Of a DNA stretch of 64,000 nt, positions 20,087-29,629 are shown in pieces. A program made the position numbers and the translations under genes. Source of the stretch: Vermiphilus pyriformis. GTDB lineage: Bacteria; Babelota; Babeliae; Babelales; Vermiphilaceae. The stretch lies in the NCBI GenBank assembly GCA_022559525.1, contig CP074345.1, forward strand, positions 570,267 to 634,266, read 5' to 3'. Position 1 is the stretch's first letter. Every line of letters begins with the position of its first letter. Under the pieces are notes generated by a model. The model worked only from the letters and a program-made list of their open reading frames with translations. It made no database searches and was not told the DNA's origin.

Positions 20087-22645
20087 ATGACTCAAGAACA
20101 ATTTACTCACGCGGCTCAAGAATTACTTTCAAAAAGCGCTCAATTGGCACGTGCTCACAATAATCCTACACTTACTGTATTGCATACTCTAGCTGCAGCA
20201 CTTGACGATCAATTTTGTAATGATTGCTGGAACAATATAAACCTTAATACTGCCCAGCTTGAGTCCTTAGTGCAACAAGAATTGAGTAAACTACCTACAG
20301 TTCAAGGAGGCTCAGGACTTGCAGTCGATTATGGATTTGAAAAATTTTTAGAATTATGTAAAAAAAATGCTGATGCGATGAAAGATCAGTACATAAGTCT
20401 AGAACAGTTTTTAATCGGGTGGAGCACGACTGACCAACTTCCAACCTCAATTCAAAGCTTTTTACGTACTCAGCACTATACCAAAGAGAAAGTACTTTCA
20501 TATATTACTACTCTGAGAAAGGGCAAAACTGTGACCGATAAATCAGCAGAACAAAAATATCAAATGCTTGAACGTTATTGTATTGATATTACTAGCCAAG
20601 CTCGATTAGGTACGCTAGATCCGGTAATAGGGCGTACCGAGGAAATACGTAGAGTTATTCAAATTCTTTCTCGACGTACTAAAAACAATCCAGTGCTTAT
20701 AGGCGAACCAGGTGTGGGTAAAACTGCAATAGTTGAAGGTATTGCCCAACGTATTGTAAATAACGATGTTCCTGAAAGTCTTAAAAATAAAAAATTATAT
20801 TCTCTGGACCTTGGTCTTCTTATTGCAGGCGCCAAATATCAAGGAGAATTTGAAGAACGACTTAAGGGAGTCCTTAAAGAAATTGAAGAATCTGCAGAAA
20901 AAGTAATTTTATTTATTGATGAATTACATATGCTCGTAGGAGCAGGTTCAAGTGGTGGAGGTATGGATGCATCAAACCTATTAAAACCTGCCTTAGCACG
21001 TGGCACACTACATTGTATTGGAGCCACTACCCTTAAAGAATATAAAAAATATATTGAAAAGGATGCGGCACTTGAGCGTCGTTTTCAACAGGTATTAGTA
21101 GAAGAACCATCAGTAGAAGATGCTATTTCCATATTGCGTGGGCTTAAAGAGCGATACGAACTTCATCATGGCATTCGCATTAAGGATCAAGCGCTTATCG
21201 ACGCAGTATTGTGGTCTGCACAAAATATTCCTGATCGTTTCTTGCCCGATAAAGCAATTGATTTAGTCGATGAAGCTGCGGCAATGGTCAAAATGGCAAT
21301 CGATTCTCATCCAGAAGCAATTGATCAACTAGAACGCAAGATTCGCCAACTTGAAATCGAACGTGTCGCATTACAAAAAGAAAAAGACGACCCTACTGCA
21401 GCCACACGCCTAGAAGAACTTGAACGAGATCTGGCAAATTATAAAGAACAGAACCAGAAGCTTCTGGCCGCATGGAAGTCTGCAAAAGCTCCACTTGAAC
21501 GCGTAAGTCGAATTAAAGAAGAGCTTGAAACAGCTACTAATAAATTTTTAGAAGCGGAGCGTGAAGGTGATTTTGGAAAAGCATCTGAAATTAAGTATGG
21601 CAAAATTGTAAAACTTGAAGCAGAGTTAGCCAAAGAACAAGAGCGATTAAAGTTGCAAGACGGACAATTAGTCAAGCAACAAGTAGATGAAGATGACATT
21701 GCAATTGTGTTATCCCGTTGGACAAAAATCCCCGTCAATAAATTAAAAGTAACCGAGACTCAGCGCTTGCTTGCAATGAAAGATATTTTACAAAAAAGAG
21801 TTATCGGGCAACCTGAAGCAATTTCACGCATTGTTGATGCAATTAAAATGCATCGTACTGGCTTGATTGATCCGAGTAAGCCTATTGGATCGTTCTTATT
21901 TTTAGGTCCGACAGGCGTTGGTAAAACAGAAGTTGCGCGCACTTTAGCCGATTATTTATTTAATGATGAAAAACATATGATTCGTATTGATATGTCCGAA
22001 TACATGGAAAAACATACTGTAGCACGACTAATTGGAGCGCCTCCAGGTTACGTAGGATATGAAGAAGGTGGACAACTTACCGAGCAAGTCAGACGTCATC
22101 CGTATAGCGTAGTACTATTTGATGAGATTGAAAAAGCTCACCATGATGTGTTTAATATTTTTTTACAAATACTCGATGAAGGGCGACTTACCGACAGCCA
22201 AGGACGCACTGTATCATTTAAGAACTGTATCATTATTATGACTTCAAACTTAGGCTCAGATATTATTCTCAATGCTCCTGAACTTACTCAAGAGGTAAGA
22301 GGTGAAATTGAAAAAATATTAGCACGGACATTCCGACCTGAATTTTTAAATCGTATTGACGCAATTGTATTTTTCAAACGCCTTGATTTAAAGGACATGA
22401 AATACATCGCTCAAATTCAAATCAATCATATAATAAATCGTATGGGACAAAGAAATATTCAACTTGTTGTAGACCCTGAAGTAATAGAATATATTGCACA
22501 AGAAGGATATGTTCCTGAGTTTGGCGCACGTCCTCTCAAACGCACAATTCAAGATAAAATAGTAGTTCCACTCTCACATTATTTACTAGAACATCCCGAT
22601 GCTTTCACAGTTCATATTGAATTAAAAATAATAGTGTTACAATGA
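20087..22645 (+). CDS. clpB: ClpB disaggregase (AAA+ chaperone)
   Basis: Two AAA modules ([18 protein letters not shown]), a long middle coiled-coil and a Clp N domain. The ATG lies at 20087 within the track ORF 20081..22645. Confidence 0.97.
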   Translation: MTQEQFTHAAQELLSKSAQLARAHNNPTLTVLHTLAAALDDQFCNDCWNNINLNTAQLESLVQQELSKLPTVQGGSGLAVDYGFEKFLELCKKNADAMKDQYISLEQFLIGWSTTDQLPTSIQSFLRTQHYTKEKVLSYITTLRKGKTVTDKSAEQKYQMLERYCIDITSQARLGTLDPVIGRTEEIRRVIQILSRRTKNNPVLIGEPGVGKTAIVEGIAQRIVNNDVPESLKNKKLYSLDLGLLIAGAKYQGEFEERLKGVLKEIEESAEKVILFIDELHMLVGAGSSGGGMDASNLLKPALARGTLHCIGATTLKEYKKYIEKDAALERRFQQVLVEEPSVEDAISILRGLKERYELHHGIRIKDQALIDAVLWSAQNIPDRFLPDKAIDLVDEAAAMVKMAIDSHPEAIDQLERKIRQLEIERVALQKEKDDPTAATRLEELERDLANYKEQNQKLLAAWKSAKAPLERVSRIKEELETATNKFLEAEREGDFGKASEIKYGKIVKLEAELAKEQERLKLQDGQLVKQQVDEDDIAIVLSRWTKIPVNKLKVTETQRLLAMKDILQKRVIGQPEAISRIVDAIKMHRTGLIDPSKPIGSFLFLGPTGVGKTEVARTLADYLFNDEKHMIRIDMSEYMEKHTVARLIGAPPGYVGYEEGGQLTEQVRRHPYSVVLFDEIEKAHHDVFNIFLQILDEGRLTDSQGRTVSFKNCIIIMTSNLGSDIILNAPELTQEVRGEIEKILARTFRPEFLNRIDAIVFFKRLDLKDMKYIAQIQINHIINRMGQRNIQLVVDPEVIEYIAQEGYVPEFGARPLKRTIQDKIVVPLSHYLLEHPDAFTVHIELKIIVLQ

Positions 22646-22695
22646 GTAATAAATAAAAAATAAAATTTATTAAGTATTACTCACGAAAAACTATT

Positions 22696-23007
22696 ATGTA
22701 TTATTATTTGACAAGGACTAGTGTATATATACTAATCCTGAGCATTGTTGTCACAGCACAATCGGCAGAAAAGAGTTATCAAGCAGATGCTTGTGATGAA
22801 GAAATTTGTATTATTTCTGCTCACAAATTAGGGTTTGTGGATCCAAAACTTCTGGCAAAGGACTATTACCATAAACGATTTGGCAAATCAGCTTCTCACT
22901 CTTTGGCTTCAAGCACCTCAAGCTCTGAAGCAATGAAAGAAGAGGCTGAATATGAATCAGATGAGGAATCCCTGTACGAACTTTTATCAAAATCCACTAT
23001 TAGTTAG
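22696..23007 (+). CDS. small secreted acidic protein
   Basis: 103-aa ORF with a signal-like N-terminus and a Ser/Glu-rich C-terminus. Confidence 0.45.
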   Translation: MYYYLTRTSVYILILSIVVTAQSAEKSYQADACDEEICIISAHKLGFVDPKLLAKDYYHKRFGKSASHSLASSTSSSEAMKEEAEYESDEESLYELLSKSTIS

Positions 23008-23023
23008 AATAACAATACACATC

Positions 23024-23062
23024 AGTATATGACCTAAGTATCAATTACTTAGGTCATATACT
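23024..23062. terminator. 17-bp perfect stem-loop between convergent genes
   Basis: AGTATATGACCTAAGTA, loop TCAAT, TACTTAGGTCATATACT. There is no clear U-run on either strand. Confidence 0.5.
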
Positions 23063-23069
23063 AAATAAA

Positions 23070-23575
23070 TTAATGGCCTATCAAACTATAGTCGGTTGCC
23101 CTTAAAGGTGAGCTTGCAGGACGTATATCTTGCTCGCCAATAGGTTCAAACGCTGTCAACCCTGAATGTGTCATATTTTGATCAATTTTTTCTGGTTCAA
23201 GTCGTGGTTTGCCGTCGTCAACAAATTGTACGTATATTGGTCTTTTGACTGGAAAATCCCACGTGTATGTTTTAGATGACCGTTGCGGCTTAATGCTCAA
23301 CGAAGTTGCATGATCTAAATACAATGCAGCACGCAAAGTACTTTTTTGGCTCCCTGACGGTCCTAATGGAAAATTTTCAAGAAGTTCTTTATTACCATTG
23401 CTTAAAGTAACTTCCACGATACCTGAGGTAGTATTTTCAAGTTCAAAGTTATAATACCCGCGTTCTTTACCAGGAGTCGATCCTATTTGAAAAAAACGCC
23501 ATGGTGTGGCGCACTAGTCAGCGAAGCCATTGCTCCTAGAGCAATAGTAATACATGTAAAAAATAAACGTTTCAT
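23070..23575 (-). pseudogene. secreted protein gene interrupted by a frameshift at a T/A homopolymer
   Basis: An ATG at 23575 gives MKRLFFTCITIALGAMASLTSAPHHG and then hits a stop. The frame of the track ORF 23070..23417 is open upstream to the same homopolymer at about 23490..23496. Confidence 0.5.
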
Positions 23576-23780
23576 GGATAAAACCCCCTTATTTATTGCA
23601 GTTTATACCATTTCAATGTTAATATAATATTTGAAATAAAATCAATATAATAACTATAATAACAGTATATAAATCATTCAATTTATATTGACTTTGAGAA
23701 AATCTTAGAGTTTGTGCAACTTTTGCCACGATATATTTACCATAAGTTTATATAAAGTAACCCTACTGAAAGGTAGCATT

Positions 23781-24818
23781 ATGATTTTTTTTACATTGAT
23801 TTGTAACTTAGTATTTATGCTTAGTATAAGTACAAGTTGTATGACACTTTATGGCGCAGAGCAAAATACCCAAGCTGAACTGCAATTATCCAATATGCCC
23901 CTTGAACTTAAGTATGAATTCATACTTAAAAATATTGACAATGCAGAGAATGTCAGATCTGCTGCGCAAGAATTGAAAAATATGCGTAATATATCATTAG
24001 ACTTTAAAGACTTGATAGATGCCCGCATTGTTACTTTAATAAATTATTTGGCAACAAGTTATCAAACTGCTCCGCTAGAGATAGCACTATTACTTCAGAA
24101 ACTTAATAAAGTTTCTGATTTTATTTCATATCAGCTTAATAATTTTGAAAATCTTGTTAAAAACTTTACTTATTATAAACCCACTGAGCGTGCTAAAAAA
24201 GCAGCTTATTGGCTCAAATATGGAGTTGAACAGCAGCAAGACGCATTGGTTGAAAACATCTTAAACCTTACCAAAAGATTTCCAGAAGATATAACACTTG
24301 CAAAAATTGAAGCTGCTCTTTCTCCAAATAGTTTAGGCATGCTTATGTCCTATGCTGCTGGCCTTAATTCAGAACCCATTTTTTTCAGGCTCTTTGATGC
24401 AACGGAAAAACTTGAAGCCCCCCAGAGTATATTCCCTACTTATCTACAATGGGCTCTATATACCGCTATTGAGCGCAATAAAATTGCGTTAGTACCACTT
24501 ATTATTACTTACGCAATACAACACAATGATGAAAGTATATTAAGTGATGCATTTACAAGCTTACGCTTATCTCCGCTAGGATTTGCAATAACCAAAGCAA
24601 CACAACGAAACATTGAAATTATTGAACTTCTGATCAACAATGGAGCTTTACTTACAAATCAGGATACTTCAGGTAGAAATGGACTTGATTATCTCAAGTT
24701 ATTGTCAGCCAAGGAGAGCAAAATATTGCTAGACAATCTAGACAAAGATAGTATCGATAATGAAGCCTACCCAAGGCTTGTAAAAATTTTAACTCAAAAT
24801 CTCAGCAAGAAATACTAG
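23781..24818 (+). CDS. signal-anchored protein with an LPxE-type N-terminal motif and C-terminal ankyrin-like repeats
   Basis: The ATG at 23781 is preceded by AAAGG (track ORF starts at 23712). It has a hydrophobic N-terminus, MPLELKYEFILKNI, and the ANK-like LSPLGFAITKATQRNIEIIELLINNGALLTNQDTSGRNGLDYL. Confidence 0.65.
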   Translation: MIFFTLICNLVFMLSISTSCMTLYGAEQNTQAELQLSNMPLELKYEFILKNIDNAENVRSAAQELKNMRNISLDFKDLIDARIVTLINYLATSYQTAPLEIALLLQKLNKVSDFISYQLNNFENLVKNFTYYKPTERAKKAAYWLKYGVEQQQDALVENILNLTKRFPEDITLAKIEAALSPNSLGMLMSYAAGLNSEPIFFRLFDATEKLEAPQSIFPTYLQWALYTAIERNKIALVPLIITYAIQHNDESILSDAFTSLRLSPLGFAITKATQRNIEIIELLINNGALLTNQDTSGRNGLDYLKLLSAKESKILLDNLDKDSIDNEAYPRLVKILTQNLSKKY

Positions 24819-24819
24819 T

Positions 24820-25605
24820 ATGCGTGGTAGCAATAATAAACATCTATACTTTGTGATTGCTAACTGGAAAATGTATACAACGTACCAGCAAAGTATACAA
24901 CTTTTTGATGAATATATGAGAGCATATTACGATGAAAATTCTAATTCGGTTTCCATTATAGTATGCCCTCCTGTCATTGCTTTGGCTTCTTTGGCAAACA
25001 AAGTTGTTGAACCTATCTTATTAGGCTCGCAAACATGTAGCCCCTTTCCACATGGTCCGCATACCGGACAAATTGATGCTCCGTCACTTCAAGAACTTGC
25101 AATACGTTTTTGTGTGGTGGGACACGCTGAGCAACGACGTGAGCAATATGTAAATAATGATACAATTTCAGAACAATTAAGAATTTTATTAAAACATACT
25201 ATAAGTCCTATTCTATGTATTGGCGAATCTATTGTCGAAAAACAAGCAGACCAAACCTTTGCAGTACTAGCTCAACAGCTGGAACCCCTCTTTTCACTCA
25301 TAGAACATTTCAGACCAGAAGTACCATTAATAATTGCATACGAACCGCTTTGGGCAATTGGTTCGTCTCATACGCCGCCACTTGAAGAATTGGCTATCAT
25401 TGTGGAAACTTTGCACGATTGGTGCACCCAAAAAGCTCCTTACGCATCTTGGCACATACTGTACGGAGGAAGCATTGATGTAAGCCGCGCAAAAACGTAT
25501 CTTCCTATTCCTCATTTGAATGGCTTTATGATAGGTAAGATAAGCACTGACGTAAAATTATTTTTTGATATTGTTGGCACCTGTCATACCTACATAAAAA
25601 CTTGA
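24820..25605 (+). CDS. tpiA: triosephosphate isomerase
   Basis: Catalytic motifs ANWKM, GHAEQRR and AYEPLWAIGS. Confidence 0.92.
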   Translation: MRGSNNKHLYFVIANWKMYTTYQQSIQLFDEYMRAYYDENSNSVSIIVCPPVIALASLANKVVEPILLGSQTCSPFPHGPHTGQIDAPSLQELAIRFCVVGHAEQRREQYVNNDTISEQLRILLKHTISPILCIGESIVEKQADQTFAVLAQQLEPLFSLIEHFRPEVPLIIAYEPLWAIGSSHTPPLEELAIIVETLHDWCTQKAPYASWHILYGGSIDVSRAKTYLPIPHLNGFMIGKISTDVKLFFDIVGTCHTYIKT

Positions 25606-25687
25606 TATACAACTACTACCTTTAAAAGTTGCAAAAAAATAGTATAATCTGCCATATATATAATGTTCTACTTGCAAGGAAAAATAC

Positions 25688-26023
25688 ATGCTTTATACAT
25701 TACTTGTTTCGCTGTTTTTGTTTGTCTGCTTTGTGCTTGTTCTTATAATTCTTATACAACAAGGTAAAAGCAGCATGGGAATTGGTGGACTTGGTGGCAG
25801 CACACAGATGCTCTTTGGAGGATCGGGCGGTCAAGATTTATTTCAAAAAATAACGTGGGTCTTGGGTGCTATCTTTATGGCAACTTCATTGTGGCTCGCA
25901 CTCCTTAAATCATCAAGCTCCATTAGATTGCGTTATGTGCAGCCAGTAAGCACAGCACCTGCAAATCGATATGATACCAAACCTTTTACAGTTCCAGCGC
26001 CAACTGCACCAGAAAAAGCGTAA
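25688..26023 (+). CDS. secG: preprotein translocase subunit SecG
   Basis: 111 aa with two TM segments and the characteristic LIQQGKSS..G..GGS....FG pattern. Confidence 0.85.
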   Translation: MLYTLLVSLFLFVCFVLVLIILIQQGKSSMGIGGLGGSTQMLFGGSGGQDLFQKITWVLGAIFMATSLWLALLKSSSSIRLRYVQPVSTAPANRYDTKPFTVPAPTAPEKA

Positions 26024-26070
26024 TCATTGATACTAGTACATAAATAACCAGAAGCTAAGGAGATTATCTT

Positions 26071-26853
26071 GTGCTCCTAAGCCAAGTACCTGAACGCATT
26101 GGTACACATGTAGTGCGTATATGTAATCAACTGGGAACAGCCGTTCTCTTTCTATATCGCGCACTAGTGAGTATCGCAACCACGGCGCCCAAACTCGACA
26201 AATTACTTGAGCAAATGGGCCGCATTGGCGTTGAATCATTTTATATTGTTGCATTGACCGGATTATTTGCAGGCATGGTATTATGCCTGCAACTATATAT
26301 AGCAGCACAAAGATTTGCAGGCGATCAGTTTGTAAGTCCCGCACTTGCGCTCGGTATTATTCGTGAACTTGGTCCCGTATTTACAGGCTTAATGGTCAGC
26401 GGTCGAGCAGGATCGGCTATTGCAGCAGAGCTTGGCACCATGCAAATTAGTGAACAAATTGATGCTTTAAAAACACTGCAAATTGACCCTTTTCGCTACT
26501 TAATTGCTCCTCGTATTGTTGCAAGCACATTCATGCTGCCACTACTTGGTCTTTTTTGTATGATATGTGGAATTATTGGAGGATGGATAGTATACGTTGC
26601 TGTACTCGGACTAAATTCGGAAGTCTACCTTGAGGGAATAAAAACGGTTGTCACTCTTAAAGATATCACGGGTGGACTTACCAAGTGTGCTGTTTTTGGA
26701 CTTATACTTGCATGGATAGGGTGCTACAAAGGTTATATTACTACCGGCGGAGCCAAAGGAGTAGGTATTAACACAACAGCAACAGTAGTTACCAGCTCTA
26801 TTTTAATTCTTGCAAGTAACTATTTTTTGACCAAATTACTTGAGTCTTTGTAA
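26071..26853 (+). CDS. mlaE: MlaE/TGD1-type ABC transporter permease
   Basis: RELGPVFTGLMVSGRAGSAIAAELGTMQISEQIDALKTL is the conserved MlaE core. An AAGGAG RBS lies upstream. Confidence 0.9.
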   Translation: MLLSQVPERIGTHVVRICNQLGTAVLFLYRALVSIATTAPKLDKLLEQMGRIGVESFYIVALTGLFAGMVLCLQLYIAAQRFAGDQFVSPALALGIIRELGPVFTGLMVSGRAGSAIAAELGTMQISEQIDALKTLQIDPFRYLIAPRIVASTFMLPLLGLFCMICGIIGGWIVYVAVLGLNSEVYLEGIKTVVTLKDITGGLTKCAVFGLILAWIGCYKGYITTGGAKGVGINTTATVVTSSILILASNYFLTKLLESL

Positions 26854-27626
26854 TGGAAAAAAATGCCATCAAATTGTGTAATGTGACAAAGAAATTTGGC
26901 ACTACTGTTATATCAAATGGAGTTACTCTTGAAATTCCAGAAGGTAAAATGACTGTTATTATTGGCAGGTCAGGAGAGGGAAAATCAGTCCTTTTAAAAC
27001 AAATAGTGGGGCTTATTCCTCCCACTTCAGGTTCTATTTACATCAATGACATTAATATTACTACATCATCAGAAAAAGATTTTTTACAAGCAACCAAAAA
27101 TGTAGGTTATGTTTTTCAATTTGCAGCACTATTAGATTCTTTAACAGTGTTTGAAAATGTAGGGATTACACTTCTAGAGCAAAAAAAAGCACTTGAAAGC
27201 GTTGAAGAAATTGTACGTCAAAAACTTACTCTGGTAAATTTGGATCCCGATACTACAATGAATAAATATCCTTCGGAACTTTCAGGTGGTATGCGCAAAC
27301 GTGTAGGACTTGCACGAACTTTGGTAACACAGCCTTCTATAATATTATACGATGAGCCAACCACAGGATTAGATCCTGTAACAACAACAGTCATCCATGA
27401 ACTTATGAGTAGAATGCAAAAAAGCTTAGGGGTAACTTCTCTGGTGGTGTCTCACGATATAGAGATATTTAAATATGCCGATTATGTGGCATTACTTTAT
27501 GAAGGCCAGATCAAATACTTTGGCCCCGCGTCTACTATTTGGCAGTCAGAAAATGAGTATGTATATCAATTTATTCGCGGGCAGACTGTCGGACCAATTG
27601 GCACTGATTTAGCACAACAAGAATAA
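26853..27626 (+). CDS. mlaF: MlaF/TGD3-type ABC transporter ATPase
   Basis: Walker A GRSGEGKS, signature LSGGMRKR, Walker B ILYDEPTTGLD. Confidence 0.92.
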   Translation: MEKNAIKLCNVTKKFGTTVISNGVTLEIPEGKMTVIIGRSGEGKSVLLKQIVGLIPPTSGSIYINDINITTSSEKDFLQATKNVGYVFQFAALLDSLTVFENVGITLLEQKKALESVEEIVRQKLTLVNLDPDTTMNKYPSELSGGMRKRVGLARTLVTQPSIILYDEPTTGLDPVTTTVIHELMSRMQKSLGVTSLVVSHDIEIFKYADYVALLYEGQIKYFGPASTIWQSENEYVYQFIRGQTVGPIGTDLAQQE

Positions 27627-27627
27627 C

Positions 27628-28161
27628 TCACAAAGTATTAATTTGCTCAAAGTCCTTGTAAAGCATACTTGGCTGTATACCCGTGTTATTTTGATATTTA
27701 TTACTTTGGTAAGGAATATAGCTACCCTGGACAGTATGATAAAAAATTTGGCATAACTGTACACCTGGATAAATACGAATAGGTTGTACACAAAAAATTT
27801 CAAGCGTCCAAAATCCTGCAAATCCAATATCGCCAAATCCAGCTGTTATATGAATAAATAAGCCAAGTCGCCCGATAGATGATCTTCCTTCAAGCATAGG
27901 CACACATTTTTCAGTTTTCGTGTATTCAATAGTTCTGCCCAAATACAACTTGCCAGGCTCAAGGACAAGGCCTTCCTCAGGAATAATAATAGATTTAGTT
28001 TTATGAGACTTTTTCATATCAAGTACATGTTCGTCATATGTCACTAATTCATGATGCAATCGAAGATTATAACTGTTAGGACCAAGCTGTGAAGGCACAA
28101 AGGGATCAATTATAATATCCGAGCCAAGGCGGCGGTGAATTTCAAGTCCTGAAAGAATCAT
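27628..28161 (-). CDS. dcd: dCTP deaminase
   Basis: MILSGLEI start, GRSSIGRLGL, and the FWTLEI pattern of the Dcd/dUTPase fold. Confidence 0.92.
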   Translation of the reverse strand: MILSGLEIHRRLGSDIIIDPFVPSQLGPNSYNLRLHHELVTYDEHVLDMKKSHKTKSIIIPEEGLVLEPGKLYLGRTIEYTKTEKCVPMLEGRSSIGRLGLFIHITAGFGDIGFAGFWTLEIFCVQPIRIYPGVQLCQIFYHTVQGSYIPYQSNKYQNNTGIQPSMLYKDFEQINTL

Positions 28162-28450
28162 ACATGGTCCTGCAAAACATACGGGTCATTATAAAATATT
28201 ACTGTGATATGTGTTTATTATAGTCTGCACCGTCTCATGTTTTTTGCAATACAGTAATACACTTGTTTGATACAAGCAGATACAATATAAGCATTATGAG
28301 CCAGTTAATTTTTATAGTATACTTACATACATGAATACATGTTTTACCTATACTTGTGCATTATTATTTCACATATAAATTCGTAAGCACAAATTAAAGG
28401 ATGCAAACTATAATATCTAACCGAGATAGTATCGCGTTGAATTTGCTTTT

Positions 28451-29626
28451 TTGGCAATCCTTTTTTATGTTATTCATACAGTCTGTGTGTTGCACACGTT
28501 ACTAAAACAAGATAAACCTACGCGTGAAAGGCAAAAGGAACTTTTGGTGAAACATCCATTTTGGATATTAAACAACGTACTTCTTATACTGTGCATTGTA
28601 ATATTCTTTTTTATTATGTTTGGCACAAAAAAACTTCCACGTCCTGTTGAGTTGTCGATACCTACTCAAACTGTAGCACCTACTCGACAGAATATATCCC
28701 ATATTCCACTTGAGAAAATTTATCAAGATGATCTTTTTGGTACATACAGTGTACCACCTCCTCCTGCAGTGGTAGCGCGAGACATTCCCGCACTTCCAAC
28801 ACCTCCCTTTCCACAGGGACCTAAGCCTATTCAAGAAGCTACGCTTCAATTCTTAGAACCTTTGAATGTCACACTTAAAGGGATAATTGCATTTATAGGT
28901 GATGACGCTCAAAATAGAGTAATTATTGCTGATAACAAAACTAATCAAGAAAGCAGCTATCGCACAGGTGATAGAATAGAAGATGCTCAACTCTTGCGTA
29001 TATTTACTAATAAAATATTACTTATTCGATCCAACGGACAGCAAGAAATACTTTTCTTGCGCGAACGAGAAGCTCAAAAAGATCCTATTTATGCAATGCT
29101 TGGTGGATGGCAGGAAATTGTGCAAAAGAAATCTGAAAACGAATACACTATTGCACAAGATCAATTTGTAGAACGTGTTAATAATCTTGCACAATTTATT
29201 GATTTACTTGATTTAACAACTGCGTATTATCAAGGTACAATTATTGGTAGTCGCATTGGCATTGTAGTTCCTAATTCGTTAGGAACCGCTCTGGGCTTGC
29301 AAACAGGTGATATTGTTACCAAAATAAATGGTATTCCCGCTACCGGAACAAGTGAGCGGTTTACGATCTATAAAAATATGACAAATGCACGACCTGGAAC
29401 ATCAGTAGAAGTTGAAATCACAAGGGGTTCGCAAAATATTGTATTTACCTATACACTTTATCAGATGAACAAAAGCACACGCCCCGCAGGATCAGTACGT
29501 TCTACTCCTCGAGCGTCAACTCAAGAAGTTTTGAGCGAGCGATATAAATTTGCTCCTACCGAGCAAGGGTTATATCTTAAAGAAAAAGAAGCTATGAAAG
29601 AACATGGCAGACTTATACCCGAGTAG
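28451..29626 (+). CDS. GspC-like inner-membrane protein with a C-terminal PDZ domain
   Basis: N-terminal TM segment (NNVLLILCIVIFFFIMF), a Pro-rich linker, and a PDZ-like GLQTGDIVTKINGIPATG. It lies immediately upstream of a secretin gene. The start codon is uncertain. Confidence 0.6.
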   Translation: MAILFYVIHTVCVLHTLLKQDKPTRERQKELLVKHPFWILNNVLLILCIVIFFFIMFGTKKLPRPVELSIPTQTVAPTRQNISHIPLEKIYQDDLFGTYSVPPPPAVVARDIPALPTPPFPQGPKPIQEATLQFLEPLNVTLKGIIAFIGDDAQNRVIIADNKTNQESSYRTGDRIEDAQLLRIFTNKILLIRSNGQQEILFLREREAQKDPIYAMLGGWQEIVQKKSENEYTIAQDQFVERVNNLAQFIDLLDLTTAYYQGTIIGSRIGIVVPNSLGTALGLQTGDIVTKINGIPATGTSERFTIYKNMTNARPGTSVEVEITRGSQNIVFTYTLYQMNKSTRPAGSVRSTPRASTQEVLSERYKFAPTEQGLYLKEKEAMKEHGRLIPE

Positions 29627-29629
29627 AGC

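Noticed and set aside
26033-26344. 103-aa minus-strand ORF overlapping the start of mlaE
   Set aside because: It is antisense to a strongly supported conserved gene (mlaE), has no RBS or recognisable motifs, and is a typical shadow ORF.
26071-27626. Incomplete Mla system (mlaE-mlaF only, no mlaD/C/B adjacent) as an anomaly
   Set aside because: Gene order and operon composition for Mla/TGD-type transporters vary widely, and the MCE-domain partner may be encoded elsewhere. This cannot be assessed from one window.
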